Both the position numbers and the translations under genes were made by a program. The notes under the pieces were generated by a model. That model did not search any database. It saw nothing but the letters and a program-made list of their open reading frames with translations, and was not told the origin of the DNA. DNA of 63,116 bases from Octopus bimaculoides. Taxonomy: Eukaryota. Below, in pieces: positions 11,712-23,342 of the stretch. How positions within the stretch are numbered: the stretch's first letter is position 1; each line of letters begins with the position of its first letter. Where the stretch lies: positions 33,546,000 to 33,609,115 of the forward strand of contig NC_069004.1 in assembly GCF_001194135.2 (NCBI RefSeq), written 5' to 3'.

Positions 11712-12860
11712 ATAACAATAATCCTTGGATGGAATTTTTAAACCTTTAATGCATTGCTACGTGCGTTTCTACAAAAAATCACGTCCCTTAAGATTACAGT
11801 CCGTATTCCTAGGATGATTACAGTGTAGTCTGTAGTATCCGTGGCCATCCAGTTGAACATCTTCATGGATTCGTTTCTTCAGGTGATATAACATTAATGG
11901 ATGTTTAACAGACACTAAATGATGATGATAATAATATATATATATATATACATACACATACTATGGGCTTCTTTCAGTTTCCTTCTACCAAATCCATTCA
12001 CAAGGCTTTGGTTGTCCCAAGGCCACGGTAGAAGATACTTGTCCAAGAAGTCACACTGAGGAAAGGATTGAACTTGAGAACAAATTGTTGAGAAGCTTTA
12101 CAACCACAGAGCCACATCTGTGCCTTATATTTTACAAATATATCAGGGACAACAGCATTGTCTAATGTACCTGTACTTCTTTTCAGCTGCTATTTCTAGC
12201 AGATCAACTGGCCACTAATGTAGCAGATTGATAAATAATGTGTTGCAGATGCTGCAACAATGACAGGTGAATGAAAGAACCGGATCTTACCGGATCAATG
12301 TATTCAAGCTGTGCTATGTCTTTGTAGGTACCTTCTTGTCCAGTCTGGTACCTGAAATAAAAAAAAAAAGTCACACATTTTAAACCATTGTTTGGTTAGC
12401 CACAAAGGGGAGAACATTTGATTAAAATAATAAACATTAATACACACACACACAATCGGTTTAATGTCCACGTTTCGATGCTTGCATGTGTAGGGATGGA
12501 ATTTAATGAGGCAGGTTTTTTTTATGGCTGGATGCCCTTACTGTCTCCAAGTAAAGCAATATCTCCCTCCATGGCCAGACATGTCTCAGAAGGTTGGAAG
12601 CAAAGAAACCAGCTTGCATTTTGGTGTGACACTCACAAATATTCATCATCATCATCATCTAATATCCGTTTTTCATGCAGCCACGAATTGGGTGGTTTGA
12701 CTGAGGACTGGTGAGCCAGAAGGCTGCACCAGGCCCCAATCTGATGTGGCAAGGTTTCTACAGCTGGATGCCCTTCCTAATGCCAACCACTCTACAAATT
12801 GATAATATATGTAATAATAATATATATACATACAAGGCTTTCATGAGGCTTCAAAAAAAG

Positions 12861-12921
<61 letters not shown>

Positions 12922-15900
12922 ATCCAAACAATGAAGAACAAATATGAAAAAACAACAACGCGATGACGTGGTACAAGTACTGTATTATCAGACGCTCAGG
13001 AAAAGAAGCAAAGAGGATTTAACATTTCGAGCAAAGCTCTTCCTCAGAAATAAAGGAAAGTTGAAAAGAAGAGAAGACGGAGGAAGAAAATTGCCAACAA
13101 TTTACATCATCATCATCATTGTTTAACGTCCGCTTTTCACGCTAGCATGGGTTGGACAATTTGACTGAGGACTGGTGAGCCAGAGGGCTGCACCAGGCTC
13201 CAAACTAATCTGGCAGAGTTTCCGTCTACCAAATCCACTCACAAGGCTTTAGTTGGTTTGAGGGTATAGTAGAAGACACTTGCCCAAGGTGCTATGCAGT
13301 GGGACTGAACCCAGAACCATGTGGTTGGGAAGCAAGCTTCTTACCACACAGCCACGCCCGTGTAATATCATTATCTAACAGCCACGCCCGTGTAATATCA
13401 TTATTTAACGTCTGTTTTCTATGCTGGTATGAGTTGGAGGGTTTGACAGGAGCCAACAAGCCAGAGGACTGCATTAACTTCCCATGTCCTTTTCAATATT
13501 CTGCAACAACATGTCCAGCCGCAGGGAAATATTATGTTGCTTGGAAACAGTTGAGAGTTGGCAACAAGAAGGACGAAGGATATCTGGTCATAGGAAACCT
13601 GCCTCAATTAAACTCAATCCGACCCATGCAAACAGAGAAAGATTTATGTTAAAACAAAAGAACTGGTGGTACTTACATGGAAATTTGGTTGACATAGAAC
13701 GTGAACAAACCCCGAAACTGGTCAAAATCGTAATATGTGGAATGGAAAAACTTGCCAACGACCCGTCGACATCCTTTGCAGGAGAGTTTACTGTAGGTGC
13801 TGCAACAGACAAGAAAAAAAGCACAGGTAAATGGAATAAAGATGCACAGGTATAGTTGTAAGGAATAAAACAGTGTATGTATATTTTTTTGTTTTGCAAG
13901 GTACTTGGTGACCTTGTCAGTGCAGGTGTTACTTAGAAAGCATCCAGTCCACATTGTAAAGTGGTTGGCATTTGGAAGGGCATCCAGCTATAAAAATCAT
14001 GCCAAAACTGTCCTCGCCTGTGCTTGTGCCACATAAAAAGTTCACTAAGTCCACTCTGCTGGGTGGTTGGTGTTTGGAAGGGCATCCAGCTGTAAAAATT
14101 ATGCCAAAACAGTTACAGAAGTTTGGTGCAGGCTTCTTTCAAACTGTCCCACCCATGCCATCATGGAAAGCAAACGTAAAACGATGATGAAGATACATTA
14201 TTTACATTTGACGGATATTTGTCCTCATCTTGTTTGTTGTTAACACAACGTTTCGGCTGATATACCCTCCAGCCTTCATCAGGTGTCCTGGGTAAATTTC
14301 AAACCTAGGTTCCTTAGCCAAAACGTGTTAACAACAAACAAGATGAGGATAAATATCCATCAAATGTAAATAATGTACATAATTCCTCATCTCTTAAATA
14401 TAGAACTGGATGATGATGACGACGATATTTGAGGCTATCTAGGGTAGCTGATGGGGTACGATAGTGGGGAGCCAAACACCATATATTTAAGGTTACGCAG
14501 GGTTAATTGACGTGCTATAGTTGTAAAGAGTGACATAATATATTTAGGAGTACCTAGGGTAGCTGATATTGTGCAACAGTACAAGGTCATATTTCTAAAA
14601 GTATTCAAGGGTAACAGGTACTAGCAGTAGTAATAGCAGGCAAGATGCAATATATTTAGGGGTACTCAAAGGCTTGCAGTTGTACAGCACCTTATATATT
14701 TGACAGCTGCCCTGAGTCCTAAAGGCTGTGGTTTATGAGGTGATGGTGGTGTTGATAAGGTTTAGACTGTACATGTAGTAGAGTACCTCAAACACACGTG
14801 AAAGAAAAGCTTACCTTATTTGATTACTTTCAGATCGTTGGATCAAGATTTCTTCATCTACGATAACAAAATCACTTGCCTCTAAAAGAAGAAAAGGAAG
14901 AATGGATGAGAATATAATCAGAGAAAATTAAGAATCGGATGAAGAATCCATCTTTTATCTTTTACTTGTTTCACTTGTTAGATTATGACCATTTTGGGGT
15001 GCTGCTTTGAAGGGTTTGGTTGAAGTGACCCCAGTATTTGATTTTGAAAACCTGGTGCTAATCTATTTGTACCTTTTGCTGAACCTCTAAGTTACAGGGA
15101 TGTACACAAACCAACACCAGTTGTCAAATAGTGGTGGTGGGCAAATAAGGATACATTCATTCATAGCCTCATGGTAAGAGCCTAGCTTCCCAACAACATA
15201 GTTCTGGGTTCATTGACCAATGGAATAAGTACTAGGCTTTAAAAAAAAAGTACTGGGGTTGAATTTTTGGAAGGTGGTGCCCCAGCATGGCCACAGTCTA
15301 ATGACTGAAACAAGTGCAAGACAAAAGACATACAATTGACTTATTAACTCTACAAAGTCCACTCACATGGCATCGGTCAGCAGACTCGTGGACATAGGAT
15401 CACGGTTGATTCCCAGACTGGATGTGAAAGTTTATTGAGCAAAAACACCTAAAACTCCATGAGGCTCTGGCAGGGGGGTGGGTGGGGGGTGGCGAACCCT
15501 GCTGTACTCTTTCACCACGACTTTCTCCCTGTTTCTGCTGTACCTGTATTTCTAAGGACTAGCCTCATCACGTGTGGTATTATCTCCCTTAGTGGGAAAC
15601 AAACACACACACACATGATTATTTTTTTTATTGCCCAGAGAGGGCTAAACATAGAGGGGACAAACAAAGGAATCAAGTTGATTACATCGACCCCAGTGCG
15701 TAACTGGTACTTATTTAATCGACCTCAAAAGGATGAAAGACAAAGTCAACCTTGGCAGAATTTGAACGTAGCGACAGATGAAATACCACCATTTCGCCCA
15801 ACGCACTACCTTAAATATATATATGGGCTTCTTTCATTTCCGTCTATTAAATCCCCGCTTGCCATTTGGTAGACAGAAACTGGCCCAAGGCTACAGTAGA

Positions 15901-16258
15901 AGACACTTGCTCAAGGTGTCATGCAATAGGACTGAACCTGGAACCATGTGGTTGGGAAGCAAGCTTCTTAGCACACAGCCACATGCAAGTGCACGCGTGC
16001 ATAGTTAAGTTGGTGCACCTAAATGAGTGTGTGTGTGTGTGTATAGGTAAGTGTAAAAGAGGGAGACAGTGTAAGATGAAAGTGTGAATACTTACTAGAC
16101 AAGCAGATGACTTGCATGGCTTCGTTGGTGATCTCCCAGGAGAGGGAGTCTCCGAAGATTACCTTGCAGTTAGAACACTGGAAGATAATTGGGAAGAGAT
16201 GGTTGACGTGGTCAGGAAACACATCAAACATCTTAATAAAAGACGCCTGATTGCTCAT
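11185..16258 (-). CDS. Mis18: Mis18-family (Mis18-alpha/OIP5-like) Yippee/Mis18-domain centromere protein, 5 coding exons, 239 aa from ATG 16258
   Basis: Exons 16258-16096, 14881-14815, 13799-13677, 12351-12291, 11490-11185 join in frame (720 nt). Two CxxC motifs (IFQCSNCKVIFGDSLSW; LSCKGCRRVVGK), FRGLFTF and a C-terminal amphipathic helix (IKCILISLNERLTLIEKKL) match the Mis18 architecture (human MIS18A has VFLCxxC...GDSLSW). Confidence 0.9.
12291..12351 (-). CDS. Mis18: Mis18 internal exon (YQTGQEGTYKDIAQLEYIDP)
   Basis: tttcag acceptor, gtaag donor, phase 2 to 0 fits. Confidence 0.82.
12640..12800 (+). mobile_element. SINE/LINE-tail repeat (ctggatgcccttcctaatgccaaccac family)
   Basis: Recurs at about 2910-3160 -, 13110-13230, 13930-14190 -, 31885-31980, 34770-34860; associated with (CAT)n tails. 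Confidence 0.75.
13017..13051 (-). ncRNA. Second minimal hammerhead-like motif (different Penelope-like family)
   Basis: AUUU-CUGAGGA-A-GAGC(UUU)GCUC-GAAAU-GUU-AAAU: intact core, short stems. Confidence 0.55.
13677..13799 (-). CDS. Mis18: Mis18 exon with second CxxC
   Basis: STYSKLSCKGCRRVVGKFFHSTYYDFDQFRGLFTFYVNQIS; ttgcag acceptor, gtaagt donor. Confidence 0.92.
14194..14377. mobile_element. Inverted pair of Penelope-like terminal fragments
   Basis: Arms 14194-14246 and 14325-14377 are reverse complements; the same sequence occurs as a single copy at about 8200-8320; carries a hammerhead motif. Confidence 0.7.
14242..14287 (-). ncRNA. Minimal type I hammerhead ribozyme motif (Penelope-type)
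   Basis: GACAC-CUGAUGA-A-GGCUG(gagggUAUAU)CAGCC-GAAAC-GUU-GUGUU: complete core, 5-bp stem I, 5-bp stem II, palindromic ACGU stem III. Confidence 0.75.
14815..14881 (-). CDS. Mis18: Mis18 internal exon (KASDFVIVDEEILIQRSESNQI)
   Basis: Polypyrimidine tract + ttttag acceptor, gtaagc donor, phase 1 to 2 fits. Confidence 0.85.
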
Positions 16259-16292
16259 AATGTCAGTGATGGCGGGATCACAATGGAGAAGG
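16096..16292 (-). CDS. Mis18: Mis18 exon with first CxxC
   Basis: tttacag acceptor (exon starts 16292), ATG 16258, FPIIFQCSNCKVIFGDSLSW, gtaagt donor. Confidence 0.9.
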
Positions 16293-16423
16293 CTGTAAAT
16301 GGAAGATTGTAATAAAAAATTAGGGAACCTATGGATTCAAACATCGAATCTTTGATAGGAAATTTTCTTCATACTGTAATTGTGTAAGTATAACAAAGAA
16401 CCGTTCTAGATTATAATATACAG

Positions 16424-16474
<51 letters not shown>

Positions 16475-17535
16475 CTCAATGATCTAGGCACCATATGCAC
16501 AGCTATTCTAGAAACAGCTGTTAGAGATTTTATGCATTATTTCTTAATCCCTTATTTACTTTTACAACTCTGCAATTATGTTCGAATTATAAATTACAAG
16601 CTCGAAAGCAACACCACAGCTTCTGTTTTGCTTGTTCATTCTCTCTTCCTTATATATATATATATATGCCTGCTTAATGATGAACCGCTTATAGCCATTC
16701 TAAGCAGGCATAACACCCATTTTTTTTTTAGTTGCCGTTCAAGTCGAAATCTTAGTGGTAAACCAACCTGAGCATTTATAGTACATACCTATAGAATTAT
16801 GTCACTAGCTGGTCAGAATTTCTATGTCAACAACATTCTTTTATACGAATAATTTGTATTCTACAGTACATAAAAACAAATATTAATATATACTGCTGAG
16901 ACCCCCTTTGGACATGACTGACCATGGGGTTGCACCTAGAAAGTTACCCTCCCAGGCAAGGTTGTTTATGGAAGACCAGCAGTCATCCATACATACCAGC
17001 CTCCCCTCTCTACACCACGGATGTTATCCAAGGGAAAGGCAAAGGCCATGATACAGCTTGGCACCTGTGATGTTGCAACAGAGGTTCCGGCGCATCTACG
17101 TAATCCTAACTCCTTAACGAGTGTGCACTGTAAAAACATCGTTACGTAGATACATCGGAACCTCTGTATTTAAGAAGTGCATGCATGTATATATATAATA
17201 TATAAGTTGAAGGCACGAAAAACAACGACTTCGGTGCAAAACGAAAGGGTACACATAACAGAATCTTCAAAAATTCTGGACTAGGGCGTAATTTAACCTG
17301 CAATTGCTTATAAAATATGCTAAATGCAGTAATTAAGTCAGTTTAATTAATCTTAGTAATCACAGGCTCCCTCAAGTACGTAAAAATGATTAGTAAATTG
17401 GATTCATTCCATTTTGCATTGGACGTCCTTGTTTATCCAAGTTTAAACTAAATATATAATATGGAGGGGGGGATCCAGGGAGTTGTGAGTTTCATGCATC
17501 GAGCAAAAACGTACATCAACAACATACAATGTTTA

Positions 17536-17645
17536 TGGCGAAGGTAAAGGATTACGTAGACCCGGTGTTTAGGGTCAGGGTCAGTTTTAGGGTTAAGGTT
17601 TTTGTTACGCCGAAAACCGGTGGTGTACGTCCTTTACCTCCGCCA
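17536..17645. mobile_element. Short fold-back (MITE-like) element with internal TTAGGG-like repeats
   Basis: Termini tggcg.aggtaaagga / tcctttacct.cgcca; second copy at 19659-19785. Confidence 0.7.
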
Positions 17646-19183
17646 GATTTATATATATATTACGAAATAAAATGTTAACAGATCAATTATGAAACAATAT
17701 AGAGAAGAGAGAGAGGGGGAGAAGATGGACTGTCCTTGAAAAATACATTTTTGGGGATTCCTACCTTTTAGATGTCGGAGATTACGAATATACAATTTTT
17801 TTTTTAATTTCCCCCTCTCCCCACCCCATTTAAAATTTCGAACTTTTCCCCCCTATGTTTTAGATGTCGGAGATTCCGAATATGCAAGAAAACCAAGTTT
17901 TGAAACTTTTAAATTCAACAAGCATATAGATGTGTGTGTATAAAGAGATAGATTGATCTGAATGTCTTCCTGGGGCTAAAAACAACAGTAACACCGTCTT
18001 CTTTTGGATCGCCACGTTTAGCTGACAAATATATTTTATGAATAAACAGAAAGGGACAAATAGATAGACAGATAAATAAATAAATAGATGAAAAAGTTCA
18101 AAATATCAAATTGGGGGAAGAGTGCAATTTGAACCCCTTATTAAACTTTATATGCTTTAATACTTTACTGCTCTATACTTAAGAATGTGCTTATTCGTAT
18201 ATATGATATATTGCCAATATATATATTAAACATTAATGTTTGTGTCTCATATATGTTTTAGATTTAAATGGGAGTTTATTAAACAGTTTAGGATTTGGGT
18301 CTACGCTAATTGCAGTGAAGTAAATGAGGAAAATCATTAATAAGAAGAACCAACCTGAAAAGATGCGAATTAAAATTCCCGCTCAAAACGAAGTTGTTTT
18401 CGTGTCTCTACGTAACCGACGAAGCACTCCTCGCAAAGGTGGTCTCGCATGAAGAAGACGAACCCCTCCATGTAAAGGTAGGCGAGACCGATAACAGGAA
18501 GGCCTTTGCGGCCCGTGGAATTTCTAAAGTGGCTCGCTTAATAAAAAGATTACCTTTGACTTATGTGTACTATATTTGATGTGGGTGTGATAAAATAATA
18601 CGGAAGGGTCGTGGCTGGCCCATCTTTGAGGTCTGCTGGGCCAGGATGGAACAATTAAAATATGAGTCTAGAAGAAATGGTATTTTGAGTTGAGAGTAGA
18701 ATTTGGTTTTGGGTCGGGTGATTCTTTGATGAAATGAAGAATGTGGGTAAAGGTTAACATTTGTTAATGAATAGAGAGAGAGGGGGAACAGAGATAAAGT
18801 GAGAGAGAGACAGGGGAAAGTTAGAAAGAGAAAGCGAAGGATGGAGAGAGAGAGAGGAGGAAAAGAAACAAAGTGACAGAGAGAGGGAGAAGGAAATAAT
18901 ATCTGAGAGAGAGAGAGATGAGGGAGAAGGAAACAAAATGAGAGAAAGATAAAGAGAGAGAACAAAGAGAGATGTGGACAAGGAAGCAAAGTCTGAAAGA
19001 ATGAGAGGAGGAGAAACAGCGAAAAGATGATACCATTCCGTCCATTTGTGTAGAAAATAAATCCTGAACTGTCAGCCGACCTCAGTCATATTTCCTTCGA
19101 CTGTTTCGAAGAAGAGGTGGAGGAAAAGTTAAGAAAAAAAAAAACGGATATAAATAGAAGGGTTCCGTTTGCCATCATCTCAC

Positions 19184-19239
19184 CTGGCCTGTCTATTTTT
19201 CTTCTTTCTCCTTCTTTTCGTCATCTGTTTCGTCTTCAT
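19184..19239 (-). CDS. Mis18: Probable first coding exon of Mis18 (MKTKQMTKRRRKKKNRQA)
   Basis: ATG 19239, cag|gtgaga donor at 19183; phase 2 joins the 16292 acceptor in frame (SLLHCDPAITDI-MSNQ); lies in a CpG-richer region. In-frame fit has a 1-in-3 chance by luck. Confidence 0.5.
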
Positions 19240-19658
19240 CGTTTCTTATGCCTTCTTTAAAACTGCAAAAAACACTCCTTACAGCCACATCGGTCCCATC
19301 AACTTTTGTCTGTCAGTGGAATTATCTCAGATTGTCTCTCGCGAATTTGAAATGAAGAACGCAAAAATAAAAGTTAAAAGCTTTGTTCCTTAAACCTCCA
19401 AGAAGTCGATCAACATCCCAGAAATAGCAGCCAACTTACATCTAACCGTCTTCGATAAAAACAAGCTGGATAATATTGGTTCTGTTTAGGTTTTGATAAA
19501 ATATTTACTTTTTAAACTCGTCTCACTTTCAAAGTTTCTTTTTCTCGTTTTTCCGTTTGTTTTGAAGGCGCAATCTTAGCGGTGCGGCGAGAAGTTTTCT
19601 CCCCAACTATTTCATTCCGGGCTCTGTCCCACTGCGTGACATTCTGAGCAAGTGTCTT

Positions 19659-19785
19659 TGGCGAAAGTAAGGAATACGTACACCCGGTTGATCAAGGTTA
19701 GGGTTTAAGGTTAGAGTTTTAGGGTTGGGGTTTAAAGTTTTTGTTACACCGAAAACCGGAGGTGTACCTATTCTTTACCTCGGCC
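19659..19785. mobile_element. Second copy of the TTAGGG-like MITE, inserted in a SINE head
   Basis: Flanked by gtgtctt direct repeats (19652-19658, 19786-19792). Confidence 0.7.
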
Positions 19786-20869
19786 GTGTCTTCTATCCTG
19801 TTATCGAGTCGATGAAAGCCTTCTGGTTTTAGGAGACGGAAACCTAGCTGGCCAAAACTTCGAAATCACTGTCAATAATATTCTTGTTAAAGAATAATAT
19901 ATACACTTACTGCTCTATTCTTTAGAATGTGCTTCTTTTTCCGATATAAATTATATTGACACTACATATATATATAAATATGCATGTATGCACATATATA
20001 TATATAAATTGTGTGTGTTACAGTGATTTAAGGGCTGAGATTTCGTGCTTTGCCAACGCAATGCTCATAACTCCCTGTAACTCTGCCAATTATCAATAAT
20101 AAAAACAATTAATATACCCCTGTCTTGAGTTCTTTTTTTTTTCCTACTGCATTAGCAAACGCATGTGTGTATCTTTGTTTTTGTTCCCCATCACCGCTTG
20201 GCAACCGATGTTGGTTTGTTTACGTCTGTGATGCAGCGGTTCGGTAATAACACACCGATAGAATAACTTAGAGACATTAGAAACTATAAAAAAGAGGAAA
20301 TAAATCAAGCAGGGTCGAATGACTGAAACAAGTAAGAGACATAGAAAGATGAAACCCTGACCATGAAAACCGCCGGATGTCACCCGTGATTTCGGTAAAA
20401 CCCTTCCTAAAGTGATACGGGGCTACTAGTAAACATCTGACCTGTATTATTATTATTATTATTTTCTGTTTGTGTTTATTTGCTGGGTTCGCAAGTAAGG
20501 ATAGTTCCCACATAACTGATGGAACAAAATATTCTTAGCGGGTGCAAACCCAGTTTTTCAAGAGGATGTTCAAAACGCTTTCATTGCCCCCTCGCCAGAA
20601 AAAAAAGGGGGTGGGGGATGCGCTTGCACCCCCTGTGCCCGTGGCTTTCGCAGACCTCGGTACATTTTAGTTGTTCAGATCAGTCCTGATCCAGCAGACA
20701 GTCTAACCATGACCATCTCGAGTTGTTTTGTTTTTTTACCCCTCACAGTATATCTAGGAGTTTGTTGGCCCATCTGTCCCTTTTTTTTCATAAAGTCAGC
20801 GTGTACTTTAAGGAAAATTTGGCTGTTATTTCTAGCAGGTGGAACCACTCCGTGTCTTAGCTACAAGCA

Positions 20870-21000
20870 TGACATAGACGGGTGATTCCAGAGGGTAGAC
20901 GTTCTGTGAAGGACTGGGTGTAGTGATTAGAGGGCAGGAGTTGGATACAGCAAGGGTGATAAGAGCGGAGTAGATGAAAGCTCGGGAATTCCTGAGTCGG
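20870..21000 (-). mobile_element. Possible L2/CR1-group LINE 3' fragment
   Basis: Frameshifted HYTQSF / RTSTLWNH resembles the conserved SFFPRT..LWN.LP end of L2/CR1-type ORF2. Confidence 0.4.
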
Positions 21001-21677
21001 GGTGATGACACGAACCCAATTTAATTCCGGGTGTAATGATAGCGGTAAAGGCGGCAGGCGGGCAGAATCGTTAGCACGCGAGATAGACGGCTTTTAGGCA
21101 CTTTTTCGGCTTCTCATGTTCTCAGTTCAAGTAAGGCCGAGATCGATTTTGCCTTTCATCCTTTCGTGGTTGATGAAATAAGTAGCAGTTGAGCACTGGG
21201 GTCGATATAATTGACAAGTCCCCAACATGTTAAGCTGTAGGCCTTGTGACAAAATTTGAAACCATTTTCGTAACGATAGAGAAGGACGGGATGGTCGTGG
21301 TTAGAACAGCTTCGGTCAGGATTAACCTAGATCTAAATGACAACATTATTGTAAACGTGAATAGGTGAATTAAAAACCTTAAATGATATTTCGACAGTTA
21401 GAAAAAGCAAATGACCGAAGGCACCTACGGGAGATAACTCTGCAGTTATTCCTCTTTTCATAGCAGTTTTCTGTTTTACATAGGCAATGGTGAACTATAG
21501 CGTCGTAAGGTATTAGATTTCTAACAGGTTAGTGGTGGTTCACTGTATTTCTAATTATAAGTGTTACAATAGAAAGTTGTAAGTTTATGCAGAACAAATA
21601 CCGCAAGAGTCTTCATCTAAAAAAAGGTCGTCGTTTTGTTTTCTTACCAGTGTTTATATTATTCCGTAATATATACT

Positions 21678-22050
21678 CTTTTACTTGTTTCAGTCATTTG
21701 ACTGTGGCCATGCTGGAGCACCACCTTTAGTCGAGCAAATCGACCCCTGGACTTATTCTTTGTAAGCCTAGTACTTATTCTACCGGTCTCTTTTGCCGAA
21801 CCGCTAAGTTACGGGGACGTAAACACACCACCATTGGTTGACAAGCGATGTTGGAGGGACAGACACACAAACACATACATACATATATATATATACGACG
21901 GGCTTCTTTCAGTTTCCGTCTACCAAATCCATTCACAAGTCTTTGGTCAGCTTGAGGCAATAGTAGAAGACACTTGCCTAAGGTGCCACGCAGTGGAACT
22001 GAACCCGGAACCATGTGGTTGGTAAGCAAGCTACTTACCACACAGCCACT
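21678..22050 (-). mobile_element. Near full-length SINE family b copy
   Basis: tRNA-like head, internal (TA/CA)n, 3' tail ggtgctccagcatggccacagtcaaatgactgaaacaag. Confidence 0.9.
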
Positions 22051-22090
22051 TCTGAAATGTATAAGACATACTGGGAAATGAAATTCTCGA

Positions 22091-22555
22091 CTACACAGTC
22101 AACTGCTCAACCGCACCCCACACATAATAATCAAGGAGGTTGCAGTGTAGGGAGTTAGGTGACCAGATGTTAGGGGTGATGTGGTCCCAGAAATTATCTG
22201 ACGGCCATGACTGGGTTCTCCTGCTTGTGTGGCATGGTGCAGAGTCCTGTTGCCAGACATGGGGTCTTCCAGTAGCTACCCTCTTGACCCAGGGCAGCAC
22301 TACCTCCTCCAGGCACTTGATGTAGGCCTTCATGTTGAGTCTGAGGCCATGTGGGAAAATGAATGGAGGCATAACTTCGTCATCACTACTTATCATTCCA
22401 AGCACCATGTTGTTGACTGGATGTTTAATTTTTATCCCTCTCGGTACATGTCCCCTGATTGCCCTCTCCTCAAATTGACAACCAAATACTCTGAAATGTT
22501 CGGATTGGAGTTTCTGGTGCAAATGCCAAGCAGTGCAGCACGTGGAGTGCGTCAT
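22091..22555 (-). mobile_element. DD37D (maT/Bmmar1-like) Tc1/mariner transposase fragment
   Basis: MPPFIF..GLRLN...Y...L...V.PW...WQQDSAPCHTS...W.PNS..CN.LDYYVWG; 37 residues between the QQD and LDY aspartates. Confidence 0.9.
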
Positions 22556-22729
22556 CGTGCTCTGTTTTTCTCACCGACGCTGCCCAAATAAGACATTGTA
22601 GGAAGGAAAAACGAAGGGAGGGAAGGAGAAAGAAAAATAAATGACAAGAGGGAGAGGGGTAGGTGAGGGTGAGTTGGAGAGAAAAATTAAGGGTGAGTGG
22701 GGCGCAGAAGTATAAAAATGGGATTATTG

Positions 22730-22965
22730 AACTGCATTGTTAGCAACAAGACACATCTCGCATAACAAATTGCATTGTTAGCAACAGGATACACCTGGCA
22801 TGATAAACTGCTTAGTTAGCAACACAGCAAACCCCACATACCTTGTTAGCAACCCTTACAGACTAACTGCATTGTTGACAACAAGACACATCTTACATAA
22901 CAAACTGCATTGTTAGCAACATGTCACATCTTACAAACTTGAATGTGTTGCATTGTTAGCAACAT
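22730..22965 (+). repeat. Degenerate minisatellite (~30-40 bp unit, core aactgcattGTTAGCAAC)
   Basis: Six exact GTTAGCAAC cores plus one variant. Confidence 0.85.
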
Positions 22966-23299
22966 ACTAAAAGAACTGGATATTTTACAAAGGAAGTTGG
23001 CAGTTTCAAATACCAAACATTGTTTATTTAAACAAATTTGTCACAGAGCAAACAGGACAAAATCTCTCTGGAAGAAGAAGCTGGAGGAATGGGGAGGGAG
23101 TGGAATTTGAAACCTGACTCTCCGGGTTTCCTAATGCTTTACAGGCCTCCCCTTTCTCCAAAATGGCCTGTTATCAGTTACTGAAAAATCATTAACAAGT
23201 GCTTGTTGAGAGAATGTAGATGCAAGTGATCGTGCTTGTATATTTTCAGCTATGTTTGGATATACAAACTTGTGTATATGTTGATATGTGTGTGTGTTT

Positions 23300-23342
<43 letters not shown>

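Noticed and set aside
11769-11957. Minus-strand ORF (KRIHEDVQL...) as an extra Mis18 exon
   Set aside because: No usable donor in the needed phase; exons 12291 and 11490 already join in frame.
13347-13408. 31-bp tandem duplication
   Set aside because: Sits at a junction between two SINE fragments; ordinary insertion or slippage scar.
22730-22965. CRISPR-like repeat-spacer pattern
   Set aside because: Eukaryotic context, degenerate repeats, related spacers, no cas genes.
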